Positions 12,045 to 25,196 are shown, numbered from the whole stretch's first letter. The stretch is 63,538 bases of DNA, filler included, from Sphacelaria rigidula (GCA_964200075.2; 11 parts of 11 records of this genome joined end to end with filler, not necessarily neighbours in it), one strand, 5' to 3'. Numbers and translations are program-made. Notes: generated from the letters alone by a model not told the origin.

Positions 12045-12986
12045 CAGTGGATTCTCGAAAATGGGGTTGAAGACGAATGAGGTTAAAGTCAAAAGCCGTG
12101 CTTTCCCTTACCCAAATTCATGACAAATGACCTTCATATGGACGGCCCTATCCCTCCCTACCTCCTTAAAACTATGTCCGGGAATTTCCAGCCTTCCGTT
12201 CCTCCAAAGGGGACGTGCGAAAGCACGATTTTTTTGCCAAAACACGTCCTTTTTTCTCCCCGATTTCGAGGCAAAAGGGTGCTTTCGCATACTGCCTCTG
12301 TTCCGTAGGTAAAGGTACCTAAATTTGTACGGGCCCTTAATGATGTCCGATCGTTTTTTAATTATTATAAACTCTACGGTGTTTTTCGGGTTGAGAAAAT
12401 GCGTTTAAAATTTGCAGCTTGTGCTTGAACCATGCCGCCGGACGGCTGCAAAAAAAGTAGTCGGCCCAAAAATGGCCGTTTTTCGCCCCTTTCCGAGGGG
12501 AGAAAAAGTGCCCAATTTTATTTTTTATTTCTATTGTATCGCCCCCGCCTTCACTGGGGCTTGCTGCCAGGGAATCCCACGCGATTAAAAAAGCAAAGGA
12601 CACTTTATTCCCCCTCGGAAAGGGGCAAAAAACGGCCATTTTTGGGCCCACTATTTTTTTTGTAGCCGTTCGGCGGCATGGTTCAAGCACAAGTCGCAAA
12701 TTTTAAACACATTTTCTGAACCCAAAAAACACCGTAGAGTTCATTAAAAAAAACGATCGGACATCGTTAAGGGCCCGTACAAATTTGGGTACCGTTACTT
12801 ATGGGACAGAGGAAGTATACCCTTTGGGGGAACGGAAAGCTAAAAAGAACGAAAACGTTTTGGGGAGGTCGCGAGGAATGAGGTCGTCTGTATTTAAGTC
12901 ATTTGTCATGAATTTAAGTCAGGGGAAGCACGGCTTTTGAGATGAACCTCGTTTTGTTTTTTAACCCCATTTTTGAGAATCCACTG
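12045..12986. mobile_element. 942-bp foldback non-autonomous DNA transposon (CAGTGG termini)
   Basis: CAGTGGATTCTCGAAAATGGGG / CCCCATTTTTGAGAATCCACTG termini; arms are complementary along most of their length (about 12315-12515 vs 12598-12794) around a short loop. Confidence 0.85.
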
Positions 12987-13027
12987 TTACATGTAGAACA
13001 GTATTCAGGGGTATTGTAGTACGTTTT

Positions 13028-16000
13028 TCAACAGCCTGGATCCGTTTTTGAGTTCAACATTTGGGTGAGGTTCACCTGATCATCGTCAAGCCATTTTTTG
13101 TCGAGATGTTTTGAATCACGAAAACGCTTGCGGTAGTGGAGTTGTCTGAAATAGTTCTTGCGATTTTCCTGGGTGCACACATGCTGGAGTAACCGTGTGT
13201 CGATGTAGACGCCACCGGAGGAGCAACGGCAGAGAGGAGCCTCGTCGCTCGCGTCCCTTGTGTGATCCCTCTGCCGGCATTCATTACGAGTCACCCGGTG
13301 ACCCCATCACTGGCAATCATGTGCGCGATATCTGCCGTTTATTACGCGTGCAGACAACCACAAACAATGTCTTCTGTTCGACCAAAGCGACCACTTCTCC
13401 GATCTGTTTTTCGGCGTCGCGCCAGGATCTTGTGCGTTACCGGAATAAATGGTGAACCAAGGCCTTCTATCATTTTCCCGGCGTCGCAAGAGCATCATGA
13501 TCAACTTTAACAACAAAAGAAAAAGCGATACGAATGCGGCTGTGTTCGTGTATACCCAGCAGCAAAACCCACCATCTTCTAGCAGGGCAATTTCACGCCA
13601 GCACACTCCGAACCGACACCTTCATCTTCGCTACCAGTATACTCCTGCTGCTGGCGCTGTTTCTTACAGGTGGCGATGGCAATAAGTGTACTGAAACCCT
13701 GCCCCTCGACTACGTGCTGGCCTAGATTAACGTAAAGTGCGCGTTTGGCCGCGTTCCTGCTCTCATCCAATGTGCGTTCCTTGGACACAGACGCGCGCAC
13801 GGCATGCTGCGCCCCATTACTACTGCCCGCCACGGCATCGAGCATCGCCTGTCGACTACCTCTCTGTGGCAAGGTGGAGATTATATCAACTGCACTATAT
13901 GCGTTAAATGCGCCCCACGTCAGATAGAACAAGGGGCATGACTTGTTGACCCGCATGTACAATGCGGCGCGAGGTCGATAAAGTTTACTTTCAGGAGCGA
14001 GCATCTGTGTAAGTTGGCGATTGGTAGCCACCAAGACCAATCGAACGTATTGTTCTTCCTTGTCCCGATGAGAAAGAGAGGCAATAGCTTCCTCCGGCGT
14101 GTCGTAAACAATGAGCGGGATCCACACCGGAATATTGAGGTAGGCTGGCGCTGCATCCGACTTAGGCATCTTGACGAACAACTCGTCGATGCAATTCCTG
14201 CCAGAATGCTGGAAAACGAGATTGAACAGGAGGAGGGGGGCGAACGCAACGGGTAGGATCATGACAAGAACGAATACACACGCGGTCAATCGGCTTTTCG
14301 TTCAATACGCGTGTAGAGGATGAATTACTCTTTTAATTATATACTGGAGATGTATATGCTCAGCATATCAAGCATATGACCGTTCTACGGTACATATACT
14401 CGTCTGTAGGATAGTCGAATCGGCATTGCTAAAGAAAAACAAAAAAACATTACTTCAGGAGGTTTGTACTACATCGCGTGTACCTATGAAGTCTTTCCAG
14501 CATTTGTACTGTGAAGGAGCAACTGGTCACAGCCTCTGGAGAACAGCCAACCCTCACACGTCTGAGACCCCGTCCACAGGACAGCAGGAGCCGGATACAC
14601 TCTGTGAGAAACAAAAGTGATCATATCTGACTGAAAAATACTATAGAGGATTGGAAAGAATATTTCGGCAGAAGCAGACTGGCCGCGTGTCTAGCACAAT
14701 GCAGGGTATATAGGGAGAAGAAGAGGATGTGAGCCGTGGTGCAGGGGCGAACACGAACCAGGGGAAAACAAAGACGGAAAGACACCGTATGGAGGTTCGT
14801 ACGAAGTAGCAGCTCTACTTCGATTCCACGCAGCACCCGCATTTTCATACCTTCACGATATACCCAAAGTCGTCCGCGGCGCGAAGCATGATACTTCTTG
14901 CGCCCTCTTCATCACCGTCCTCGTCCACCGTCATAGATGGCGGCGTCAGGTCGGACCGGAGCCCACATGACATGCACTTGGGGCCTACAAAGCTCTCGGC
15001 TCCCAAGTCCACCTGCCAACGGAGCATCAAGGGCGGTCAACACGGCAGATTGTCGACTAGAAGTCCATCAGTTTGGGTTGCTGTTATCGTATGTACTTTT
15101 CAGCTTCCCGCCTATATCCCTTCCAAGTAAGGTGTGCGAAGTAGGCTCTTCCGCGAGATCCCATTCACCACTCCGGTCGTCGAACAGTCGGCATTGTTCG
15201 TCTTAACTCTTGCGGACGTTTCATAACTGCAGCGGTAAACTGTAGCGCACCTGAGGGCACCCGCTTTTGAAGGCCTTCAGAAATGAGGTGCTGAGGTGCT
15301 GCTGGTACGAGTTCAACGCGTTCGGGTTTGCAAGGTACAGCTCGATGCGGCGTCCTCGTTCCATCCTTACCTCAAGGAGCTGTGTTTGCTCCACGCAGAC
15401 TCCCAGGACGGTGTCCCTAGGAGCACGAAACCTGCCCAAGTATACACGCCAGAAACAAAGCGAGGATAGTGCGACACGGTCCTGTATCGGCTTTGAATAA
15501 TAAAGTTTATCTTCATACCATTTGTGCAGGATGAGAAGCATTTTCTGTTGTATCGGAGAAGGGATCTATATCAGCGTCGACCTCTACAGGAACACGTCGC
15601 GTTCATCATCTCCGCGTGATCATCTGGTTTCATCTTCTCTTATATTCCTTTCGGTTGTGTAGTACTTGCCACGCGCGCTTGTCCTCTGTTCCCGCCGACA
15701 TTGTACTTACGAGCATTGCACCTATGCGATGCACGTGATGACGGCGGTACTTTCTCGTGCTGTTGCGTCACGGTCGACCATCTGAGAGCTCTCCCGCAAA
15801 CGCGACAACGTTATAGTTCCGCTGAACGTAAAGGATTAGGGTTGTACGCCGTGGTTCAGCGTTCACTTGCCAACAAGAACCTGTGGAAGTCGAGCAGGTA
15901 GAGAACATCGCGGGCCTCCGTTGGGCGCTTCCATGGAGTACGACACGCCGCTTAGGCACTGGTGAAATTGGCGTATATGTGCCCCCTATGAGTGCCGTAG

Positions 16001-17013
16001 GCGCCGTCCATAGTCACGCGATTGTTTATGGTGCATGGCGACCCCTTCTCGTCGGAAGCCTTGTGCGCAACCATCACCGCCTCCACATTATTTGCCGCAT
16101 GCTCCGCCGCCTCCTTCTTTGGTCGGCCTCCAGGAGGGGAGTTGTACATGACGAGCAGTGGGCTATCTTGCACGACGAGAGACCCGTCGTCGAGCAAGGC
16201 ATCTTCGTATGTACAGCGGGGGGGGGAGAGAATGGCGAAGCGAGGATGGGCGACGCGAGCTGCATTAAACAGCCGGTACACATCACATAGCGTGCTTCGG
16301 TGAGCACGTCCTCGTGTGCGCGAGGGCGAGTCTAAAGTTCACCAGCACCAACGTCGACGCTGGATGCCACTCCATGACATATGGGTGATTTTGAAAAGGT
16401 GGACCTACGTATAATGCGCACATTATTCCCTGCTCCCTCAATAGATGTACTGAACGTCTGTTCAGCGGCAGAATAACTGCGGCATATATCCGCTGGGGAA
16501 TATTTTCGCCCTCTATGCTTCGACTTGTTTAGTGCTTGTCGGCATGGCTACTGTATTGTCTTTTCCCCTCTCCCTTTTCCTTAAGTAAGACTATCCGGAC
16601 GTTATGATGTACTTCGAATGCGGTGGGCATGTACCGCCCACGGGCGGGGCAAGGTGACGATGATGCTTCCGCGGGAGTGTAGGCTGTTCGCCATGCGAAC
16701 GATACTACTTCGGAGGGAATTGCTGGCGGTCTTGGAGTCCTTCATGACAGCCTTCTCCGCATCAATGACCACGACAACAAGCTTCGGCGGTGTAGTCACT
16801 GGAAGGGGACCTGCATCTTCGAAGAGGTCGTCCCCCTTGAGTGGAGGGAGGCGTACGTACAGAAAGGCATTCCGCACCCTTCGCGACAACAAGGCGGGAG
16901 GGAACGAGAGCCACGGGGAAGCAATCGCAACGGTCGCTTGTTCCGTTGTCGGCGCAACGGTCGCAGTGAAAGTACTGCTTGAGTGAGTCGTACCGATACG
17001 GACAACTCATCAT
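13028..17013 (-). pseudogene. Decayed transposon-like coding region with Cys clusters and a Ulp1-like WLDDDQVN segment (KDZ/Zisupton-like candidate)
   Basis: Chain of same-strand ORF fragments (16762-17013, 16602-16892, 15952-16281, 15221-15541, 14845-15030, 13579-14289, 13028-13294) broken by stops and frameshifts, with no obvious introns. Motifs: HCDRC...CDC, KCMSCG, VKV*KCGCC, KWLDDDQVNL. Family assignment is inference. Confidence 0.3.
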
Positions 17014-17042
17014 TTCCTGCCTTCTATTCTGAGCGGAACGTA

Positions 17043-17141
17043 GAAACGTTGTGGGGAGCTGGGATCACAGAAAAGATGTGGAGACTGGTTAAGAAAATGA
17101 CAGAATGTGCCAAAAGTGTCATTATGCTGGACAAGGAAATA
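17043..17141 (+). mobile_element. LINE reverse-transcriptase fragment (same family as 47500-50430)
   Basis: ATGTGGAGACTGGTTAAGAAAATGACAGAATGTGCCAAAAGTG..ATGCTGGACAAGGAAATA is similar to 48610-48676. Confidence 0.7.
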
Positions 17142-17210
17142 ACAACCAATTGTGCGAATTGAGGTTTAACTCTGAGATGAGGTTCAAGCCTAAATCAGTG
17201 ATTTCCCCAC
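17141..17210 (+). repeat. Dispersed repeat shared with 23145-23212 (inverted)
   Basis: TTGTGCGAATTGAGGTTTAACTCTGAGATGAGGTTCAAGCCTAAA is a near-identical reverse complement of the start of the contig at 23145. Confidence 0.8.
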
Positions 17211-17358
17211 ACATTCAGCTATGGTGCCCAATGACCTTTTTGTCGACCTAACGCCCCTNNNNNNNNNNNNNNNNNNNNNNNNNNNNNNNNNNNNNNNNNN
17301 NNTTAATTAATTAANNNNNNNNNNNNNNNNNNNNNNNNNNNNNNNNNNNNNNNNNNNN

Positions 17359-20300
17359 TCCATTCCAAACTGAGTACAACGATTGAGGTTGCAAGCTGCC
17401 TAGAACTGATGCGTGGGCTGTGGTCGTCAGCCCACCCATGCCTAAAGCCGGCGTTTCTCTCAGTGAAAGTGGTGTATAGAGACCTTTATGTCCATTACTG
17501 CTTATGAAATATACAATGTCTTCGATGGGATCGGTGATACGTCCCATGGCGGATTCATCGATAGGTTGAGCTGGTGTGGGCAAGCGTGACAGGAAGTCGG
17601 CGTTTGCATTCTGGGGACCTGTGCGGTACTTCAGTTGAAAGTTGTAAGACGACAGGATTTCGAACCAGCGTTGGACCCTAGCGTTGTGTTCCGCCATTTT
17701 GGCAAAGCTTTCCAAAGACTCGTGGTCGGCATAAATCAAAAACGGTATGTCATACAAATGCTGACGCAGACGTCGCACGCCTCAAACAACTGCGCCGGCC
17801 TCTTGTTCCATGACAGACCAATTCTGTTCATTCGGAAAAGTGGTGCGACTCAGATAGACAATCGGGCGAACAGTAGCATCGACTTGCTCTTGTTCCAATG
17901 TTCAGCCAAACCCAATTTTAGAAGAATCTGCGTGGAGCCGGAAAGGGCGGGAACCCTGCTCCGCGGCCGACCAGTCGGGTAAGACGAGAATCGGCGGGCG
18001 CGAAAGGGTGTCGAGAGGCGGCGGACGGTTTTTTCCATTTCCAATGTGAACACAAATTCCACCCCTTTTTTGATGAGGGTGGTGAGGGGTTTTAGCTTTT
18101 GGGCCAGCTTTTGCAAGTATTGTCTGTAGTAGCTTAGACCTCCCAACAACGAACGCAGTTGAGAAATGTCCCGTGGCATGAGCATATCGGAGAGTGCGGC
18201 GACCTTGTCGAGGTTTGGTCTACGACCTTCGGGGGTGATGTAATGACCTAAGAACTCAATCATCGTGGCGCCAATGCGGGATTTGGAGGGTGCGCGTTTC
18301 AAGCTGTGTAGTTCAAACCGATTGAAGAATGATCCCACTGTTCGACGTGTTCGGCCGGTGTGGAGTCGTGGCACACCGCATCATCAAGGTACATATCATA
18401 TGGCATTTGGGCAATCCATCAGTTACACGGAACATTACACGTTGAAACGCACCTGGAGCTCCGGCGGCACCTTGTGGTGTAACCAACCACTCGTACAAAC
18501 CTGATGGCGTGCAAAACGCTGTCAGTTCAATGGAATTCGGATCCATCACGAGCTGGTGGTAGCCGGACTGCATGTCAAAGTTCGAAAATACTTTACCCCC
18601 GCCAAGAGAGTCAATAATTTCATCAATCCGCGGAAGTGGCAACCGGGCGATTTTGGTGACAGCGTTCAATCGTTGATAATTGACCGTCAGTCTGATTTTG
18701 CCATTCTTCTTACGGAAGACTACTAAAGGCGAGGCCCACGGAGACGTCGAGTGCCGAATCAAACCGGCAGATAAGTAACCATCGAGAATTACCTGGATCT
18801 TATCCGCTGAAAGGGGGTTCGTACGGTGCGGACGCATAGCGATAGGCGGAGTGCCATCAGGAATCTTGATCTTAAACGGTGTCGTGGTACATCGACCTAT
18901 ATCCAAGGGCGCAGTAGAAAACCGTTCAGAGTACCTAATCAAGATGGATCTCAATCTATCGATTACAGTGGGTGTCCAACCATCGCCAAATAGATTAAAA
19001 AAAAATGCCGTAAGTGAGGGGGAATGTCATCCTACAAATTTTGAAAACTGGCGCGTTGTTCTGGAGAAAACCTATCCAGTAATGCAGTTGGGGGTTGAGG
19101 GTCAGGCGCATCCGGTGGGTTTGTCACCACCATGGGGTCAGACATGTGTAGCGGAGGGGGTCCCGTGGATTTCGGGGGGTCGGTCGGCGAGTTGTTGTTG
19201 GCCGGGGGGCACACATCTGACAGAGCGGTTCGTATGAGAGGCGCTTGAGCATAACCCAACAACTGACCGTTGAGTATATCGAAACATGCAGGGGACGTGA
19301 GGTAAAGGGCCTGCCTACCTTCGTGGACAAAGCCTTCGGTCTGTTCAAACGGACCAACCTGTGCTTGGTCAGGTTTGAACAACTCGACCAAATAATGTCC
19401 TGTGAGGGCCAGCGATCCATTGCGTCTCACGAGGTTCACTTGTATTAGTTGGGGTTTGCAAGAAAGCGAGATTACCGGTTCACCAACATAGTACAGACGG
19501 AAAGCATTACCTGTTTTCGTGGGATCATCCTCATAAGCATGAGCTCCCGAATCAGTGTCGAAGTGACCCAGAGACAGTTTGCCTGTGACTAGACGGTTCG
19601 GGACAGGTTTGTCCGTCGTATACGTGTGTGTGGGAAAACGAAGCCAACTATCTCGACCCAACAAAAAATCAAAAGACATGGAATCGTCGGGCACTATTAG
19701 TGCCCATACGGACAACCGAGCAGTGGGAGTAGTATCCTTGTAAAATTGTACACTTAGTCTCACCGATTGATTGACCGTAAGAGATGTGGAGGAACCAAAT
19801 CCACCAAAATCACGAAAGCGTACAGTGGACAGACAATGCTTGTCCGCCGCACCCGCGCTGATAATCTGTTGCCAGCAGCTGGCTGTAATGAACGTTTGAG
19901 GTGAACCAGAGTCTGGCAGCGCAAGAGCTATCAAATGACAGTTTGCACGCGCTCCACTATGTAAACCTGTCATGGTCGTAAAAGAAGCACCATCCATAGT
20001 TACAATACCACTGACGAGATCGGGCCCGAATTCGGGTATGACATCTTCTGATACATCCTGCTTCGCGTTTTGAACAAAGGTGCTAAAATACACCTGTTTA
20101 TGATCCTGTGGGACAAGCTTTTGGTCGGAAGGATGGTGCGTGCATGGGGTGTCAGTGTTTGTGCCTTCAATATTTGTCTCATCAGTCGAGGGTTGAATCT
20201 CATATACTGCAACGGAGGGGCGATGCCGCGGAAGGGCAGTTGTCGTGGTTGGACCCGACAACTGATCTGTGCGTGGTGTTTCACCCTTATTGGCCAACAG

Positions 20301-23044
20301 AGGGGGCGAATCGTCATTGTGCAAATCGGGATCAATTACATTATCCAGCTTGGTCGGAACAGGGGACGATTCATCGGGGCCCGGTGTTGAGTTTGATACG
20401 CCAATCAACTCAATACCATCACTAGTTAGGGTCAATATGGGAGATTTCGGAGACGATTCGTCAAGACGCGGGGTTGGTAAAGCTGTACTGGTCAACCCGG
20501 CGTCTATTAAAGGAGCCAACGTGGGCGAGTTAGGAAACGAGTCGTCTTGCGTAACACTTTGTTTGCCTGGTGACGAACACACGATTGAGGTGCCTTCATG
20601 ACTAGGATGCGAACGTCCATGAGTCGGCGAAGTCTCTCTCCCTACAGACGGCAACGCTTCATCGGAAATGGGTTGTAACGTAGTGCACGTCAGGGAGCAG
20701 TAACGATCTGTTCGAAATCTGGGGAGTACCGGCCTGTTCCACTCTAAGGTTTTCATCTGTCTGAGCCCACACGCAATCTCCTTGAACGTGCGCTTGCTAC
20801 ATCAGGGTTATCTACATGATCATCTAGAGGAGTCCGTCTCTGGTGACGCGTGTAGCGCACGAAAGGATCGGCGGCTCCAGTAGCTATTGAAATGAGTTCT
20901 TGGACAGTCGAACCCAGGTCACGCTCTTGGCGCACCACCTGAGTCGCTGTCACTTGGGGTTCCATTCCAACCCGCTGAGCGACGGAAAGCATGGGTTCTT
21001 TGCGGTTGCGACCCTTCAAGGAATAACTACGCTCATGAAATAAAAGGGAACCGGGTACCGTAGGTTTTGCGGAACTCGGTAGGGTGGTTATCCGGGCACT
21101 TGAGCAGGTGGGGGGTGCTCGAGTGTGAGGCTTCAATTTTTTTGTCCTCCGATGAACGGTCGGAGCAGCAGTGTCTATCGTACCAGAAGATATTTCGGCT
21201 CCTGATGCGTGAGAAACTGCACTACATGACTTCCTCCCCTTTGAAGGGAGGGGATTCGATTGAATATGATTAGTACCTGATGAATGTAAAACTGGGTGAT
21301 CAACTCCAGGGTTAAAACGTGGGGGTTGTTCACTGCTCAATTGATAGCCATGCAACAGTGCACGGGCTTCGACTGGCTTGGAACTCTTCAAGGCAGTGTC
21401 AGCATATCCAGGGAACCCACACCACATGGTTGAACCCGCGGTGGCCGCCGTTGATTCACGTGTGTGATGTGTGTGACCTGGCCGAGCGAAAGAAAATTGT
21501 TGGGTACATCTGCGGTGATTTACCGGCGAACGTTGATTCCTAATTGTGGGGTTGTGCCAACGATTGTGGAACAAACGGTCGTCAGAAGTTAAAATGAACG
21601 GGCAGGCGGTGGCGCCCAGATTCTTGGATCAGCCACACGTCCTGTGTTACCCCACTGATGGCTACTCAGAAACGCGGGGGCTTGGTGAACGTTCCCAGAA
21701 AAGGGTCAAGTTGTGCAATGAGCATCAGGGGTGGGTTGTTGGGCGTCTTCCTGGCGTGGGGGACCCGTAGGGCTAGGTGCAATCATCAGTGGTCGTCTTC
21801 CGTCTTGTGGTTGTACCTGATTCTGCGGTTCAGAGTTTGCCGGGTCAGACTGTGTTAGACGTGGCGCTGAGTCAGCGGGCCGCGTCTGGTCGTGCGTTGT
21901 TTGGTACTGCGGGTTTTGGTAGCGGGAATCGTTACCATAAAGGCGATTACCCCGTCTAGGGCGGTTGTTTTGGCCACCCGTGTCGCCGGATTGAGGGCGG
22001 CGGTAAGGACGCATACGTGCTTGCCAAGTTGGCCAGCACGATGCATATTGAGGATCGTGGAATATGTTATTCAAGACGCCAAATGCGTTCACAAACTGTG
22101 CCTCACAGGTGCGCATGGAGTGGATGGGAACTCTGCCGTCGGCGGAGTACCCGGTTTGTCCATCGAACCATATTCCGCAATTGAGGCATTTGTCCTTACA
22201 CTCACGGATGAGCTCATTACGGACGTTGGGTTTAATGTCGCGGGCCCAGAGGGGGGGTCATGGTTGTTCATTGAGGTGCTCACGTTGAACACCTCCGGCC
22301 AAATTTCGTTGGCGAAGGGCCAGCTTGGAAATCGACTAGCGAATGCATCTGGTCCCTGAACCTGGGCGGTCATCATGACTTCCCCTGCAGAAGTCATTGA
22401 GTCAGGTATCTACGCCGGCTGACTCGATTTCCTGCTGGACTGCGTTCGTGACGCAGGAGCAACCGGAGTGAGGAGAGGCTCCTGACCAATTACCTGAGTA
22501 CCGTGTTGGCTAAATGCCGAAGTGGTGCCGTCCTGTCTTACTCCTGTCGACTCGACAGCCTGTGTTTGATTCGTGCGCAACCCATCGAGTCGACTCTACA
22601 TTTCGTCGAGATTTGCGAATGGTACTGCTGCCGTAGCTGCATCACCCACAAAAACACTCGGCATTAGACTGGGATATTTTCGCCCCATACTGGAACGAAA
22701 GAGAGGCATTACCATCTCGTTGGTCGGGGCTAGTTCACGCCCACCATCCACGGTGACCAAAATTAGAGTGCGAAAGTCCTTCAAGTATTGATCAAAGGGA
22801 GTGTTCATGGGGACCTTGAAGGTGAGTAATCTCTCAATAGATTCCCCTTCGTAGCTGGTGTCAAGCGACGAGCTAAGCAACCGTAACAAAAGTGTGAACG
22901 CCTCGTTCCCACTGGTGCCCTTGTTGAGGGCCCGCGACACTTGGTCGAAGTGAGCGTCGCACATTGCAGTAATTTTGGAGGATTGCAAGGAGTTGAGGTC
23001 AATCGCCTGTTCTAGTGCCCGATGCAACGGGCGGCTCCACCCAC
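17359..23044 (-). mobile_element. Ty3/Gypsy LTR retrotransposon internal region (gag-PR-RT-RNase H), degenerate; LTRs and integrase outside the contig
   Basis: Gag 23044-21706 with zinc knuckle; protease ALPDSGS...FLLGRD (~19910); RT SPWASPLVV..KKNGKIRLTVNYQRLN, DMQSGYHQ, TAFCTP, frameshifted MYLDD, FLGH; RNase H YADH..RVQRW..NANADFLSR; several stops and frameshifts. Confidence 0.95.
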
Positions 23045-23995
23045 NNNNNNNNNNNNNNNNNNNNNNNNNNNNNNNNNNNNNNNNNNNNTTAATTAATTAA
23101 NNNNNNNNNNNNNNNNNNNNNNNNNNNNNNNNNNNNNNNNNNNNGGGAAAGCACAGGTTTAGGCTTGAACCTCATCTCGGAGTTAAACCTCAATTCGCAC
23201 AATTTGTTGTTTAATCCTGGCGTACTTTCACACATTTTCATAGGTCGTATTTTGCATGAGATAAAGGACTCCTAACAATTTCAACCTCTCAGAAAATATT
23301 TCTGCACCCCTACCGTAGCATCACTCACTGACTGGCACCGTCAGCGACAGCAGTGCATCTTCTGTTGTAAAGCCCACGGTCGTGCTTGACTTACAACGGT
23401 CCAGGATGGTGTATGTATGCGACCTTCTAGATTTAGCGGTAATTTTTCTCTCGCCCCCGTGGTTTTTTCCGGTGGAGACATGGAATGGAAGACGCTCGTG
23501 GCAATAATTCCGAGACGGATACGAGCTGGGCCAGCCTGAAACCTGAAAAGCCTTCCACCAAACATATCTTGAGAATCGCGGCGACATATCGCCAGGTGAA
23601 GAGATCCCTGTGATTGGGAGGTCGCCATGCGTGTGCTTCGATGGCTCTGTTACTAATAATGTACTTAGGGGTGTCTTGACGAAAGTTCATACAAATATTT
23701 CCAAGAAAAAACGCATCCGGCGAGGATTGAAGTCGCGTTCTCTCCGCTCCAATGGTAACACTCTGACCCTCGGAGCTTCCGTCGATATGATCACGCGAAA
23801 ACGATTATGCGCGGCACCATTTTTCGAATTCTGCGGGTGAACGGAGAACCAACATGTGTTCTGCAGCTGTGTTCAGGTCGAAAAACCATACGAACTGGGC
23901 CGACCGAGGCTCCGTCCGTCGCCACAGATCACGGGCCATGCGCGGTTTAATTTTTCGAACTCGGGGTGGGGTTTTGACAGCAGAGAAATATAATA

Positions 23996-24584
23996 GCACA
24001 TAGGCCTACCCTATCCATACGATCAGCCAAGCTTTTCTCGTCCCTTGACTCAAACTCCGCGCCATGGATTTTTTTCAGGGAGGGATACGTGACACACGTG
24101 ACACATCTGAAAAACCGGGAAAAAACGTAACTTTGGGCCATTAAACGCTACGTACGGTTTGATTTTTTGGACGGGACAAATGCAACGTAACGTGATGTAA
24201 CATGTGGACCTTGAAGCAGTGTCTCTTGGTGTTTTCCAGATGTAAAAAATAGCTATTTTTGTGAATTTTTGACGTGACACGTGACACGTGACATATTCAC
24301 CAAAACAAGCCGAGTTTTCGCCACATTTGGAAAGTAAAACGCAATGTTAGGGTTCATGCAAAGCACCACACGTTACATCACGTTACGTTACACGTGTCCC
24401 ATCCAAAAAATCAAATGTTACGCAGCGTTAAATGACCCAAAGTCAGGTGTTTTCGAATGTGTCACATTAAAACGTCACGTGTCACGTATCCCTCCCTGAT
24501 TTTTTTGGCTGCTTCGTCTCCGCTCAAGTACACCAAGTGCGAAAAAGACTTGGCTGATCGCGGGGATAGGGCGGGCCTACGTGC
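23996..24584. mobile_element. ~590-bp foldback/MITE-like element
   Basis: GCACATAGGCCTACCCTATCC..GATCAGCCAAG pairs with CTTGGCTGATCG..GGATAGGGCGGGCCTACGTGC; inner arm CAGGGAGGGATACGTGACAC pairs with GTGTCACGTATCCCTCCCTG. Confidence 0.75.
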
Positions 24585-25196
24585 AAGCATCTTGTTGTGC
24601 TCGCTGTTTGATGTTCTGCACATTCACGAGGTAAAATAGTGTATCGCACAACAAACGCGGCAACACACACCAAACGCTCACATGGGCACGACACACACAA
24701 TGGTGGGGCACGGCCAATTCGCAGGTGGGGTATGCAAATACGAGCGGGCAGGTCGCGAACGCCTCCTGAGGCAAATCCACATTGAAACCAAGTTCGATCA
24801 ACATTGTAACCATGAACTACAGTTGTCAAACCAAAAACAGTCGTACACCACAGTAGTCCACAGCAGGGCAGTAACAGATCTCGTCGTAAGGCAGAAGACC
24901 ACACACGTGCGCGACCTTCATACCCTACCTGAAAATAGGCCGTCTACTGGTGGATATGTGGCGCAAAGGGTTGTCGTACCCTTTGATGTGCGCGCAGGAA
25001 CGGATATGATTTGTGATTGCAAAGGATATGGGGTACAATTACAAATGTCGTACTCCAAATTATATATGTTACCCCTGAACGGTCATACTCCTTGGAATAG
25101 CATCTCATGACCAGGGACACAGTGGTCTCTCCGCCCCGGCTGACCAAGTCTAGAAAGACCAGCGCGCAAACTCTGCACGAAGAACGAATTCCACAG

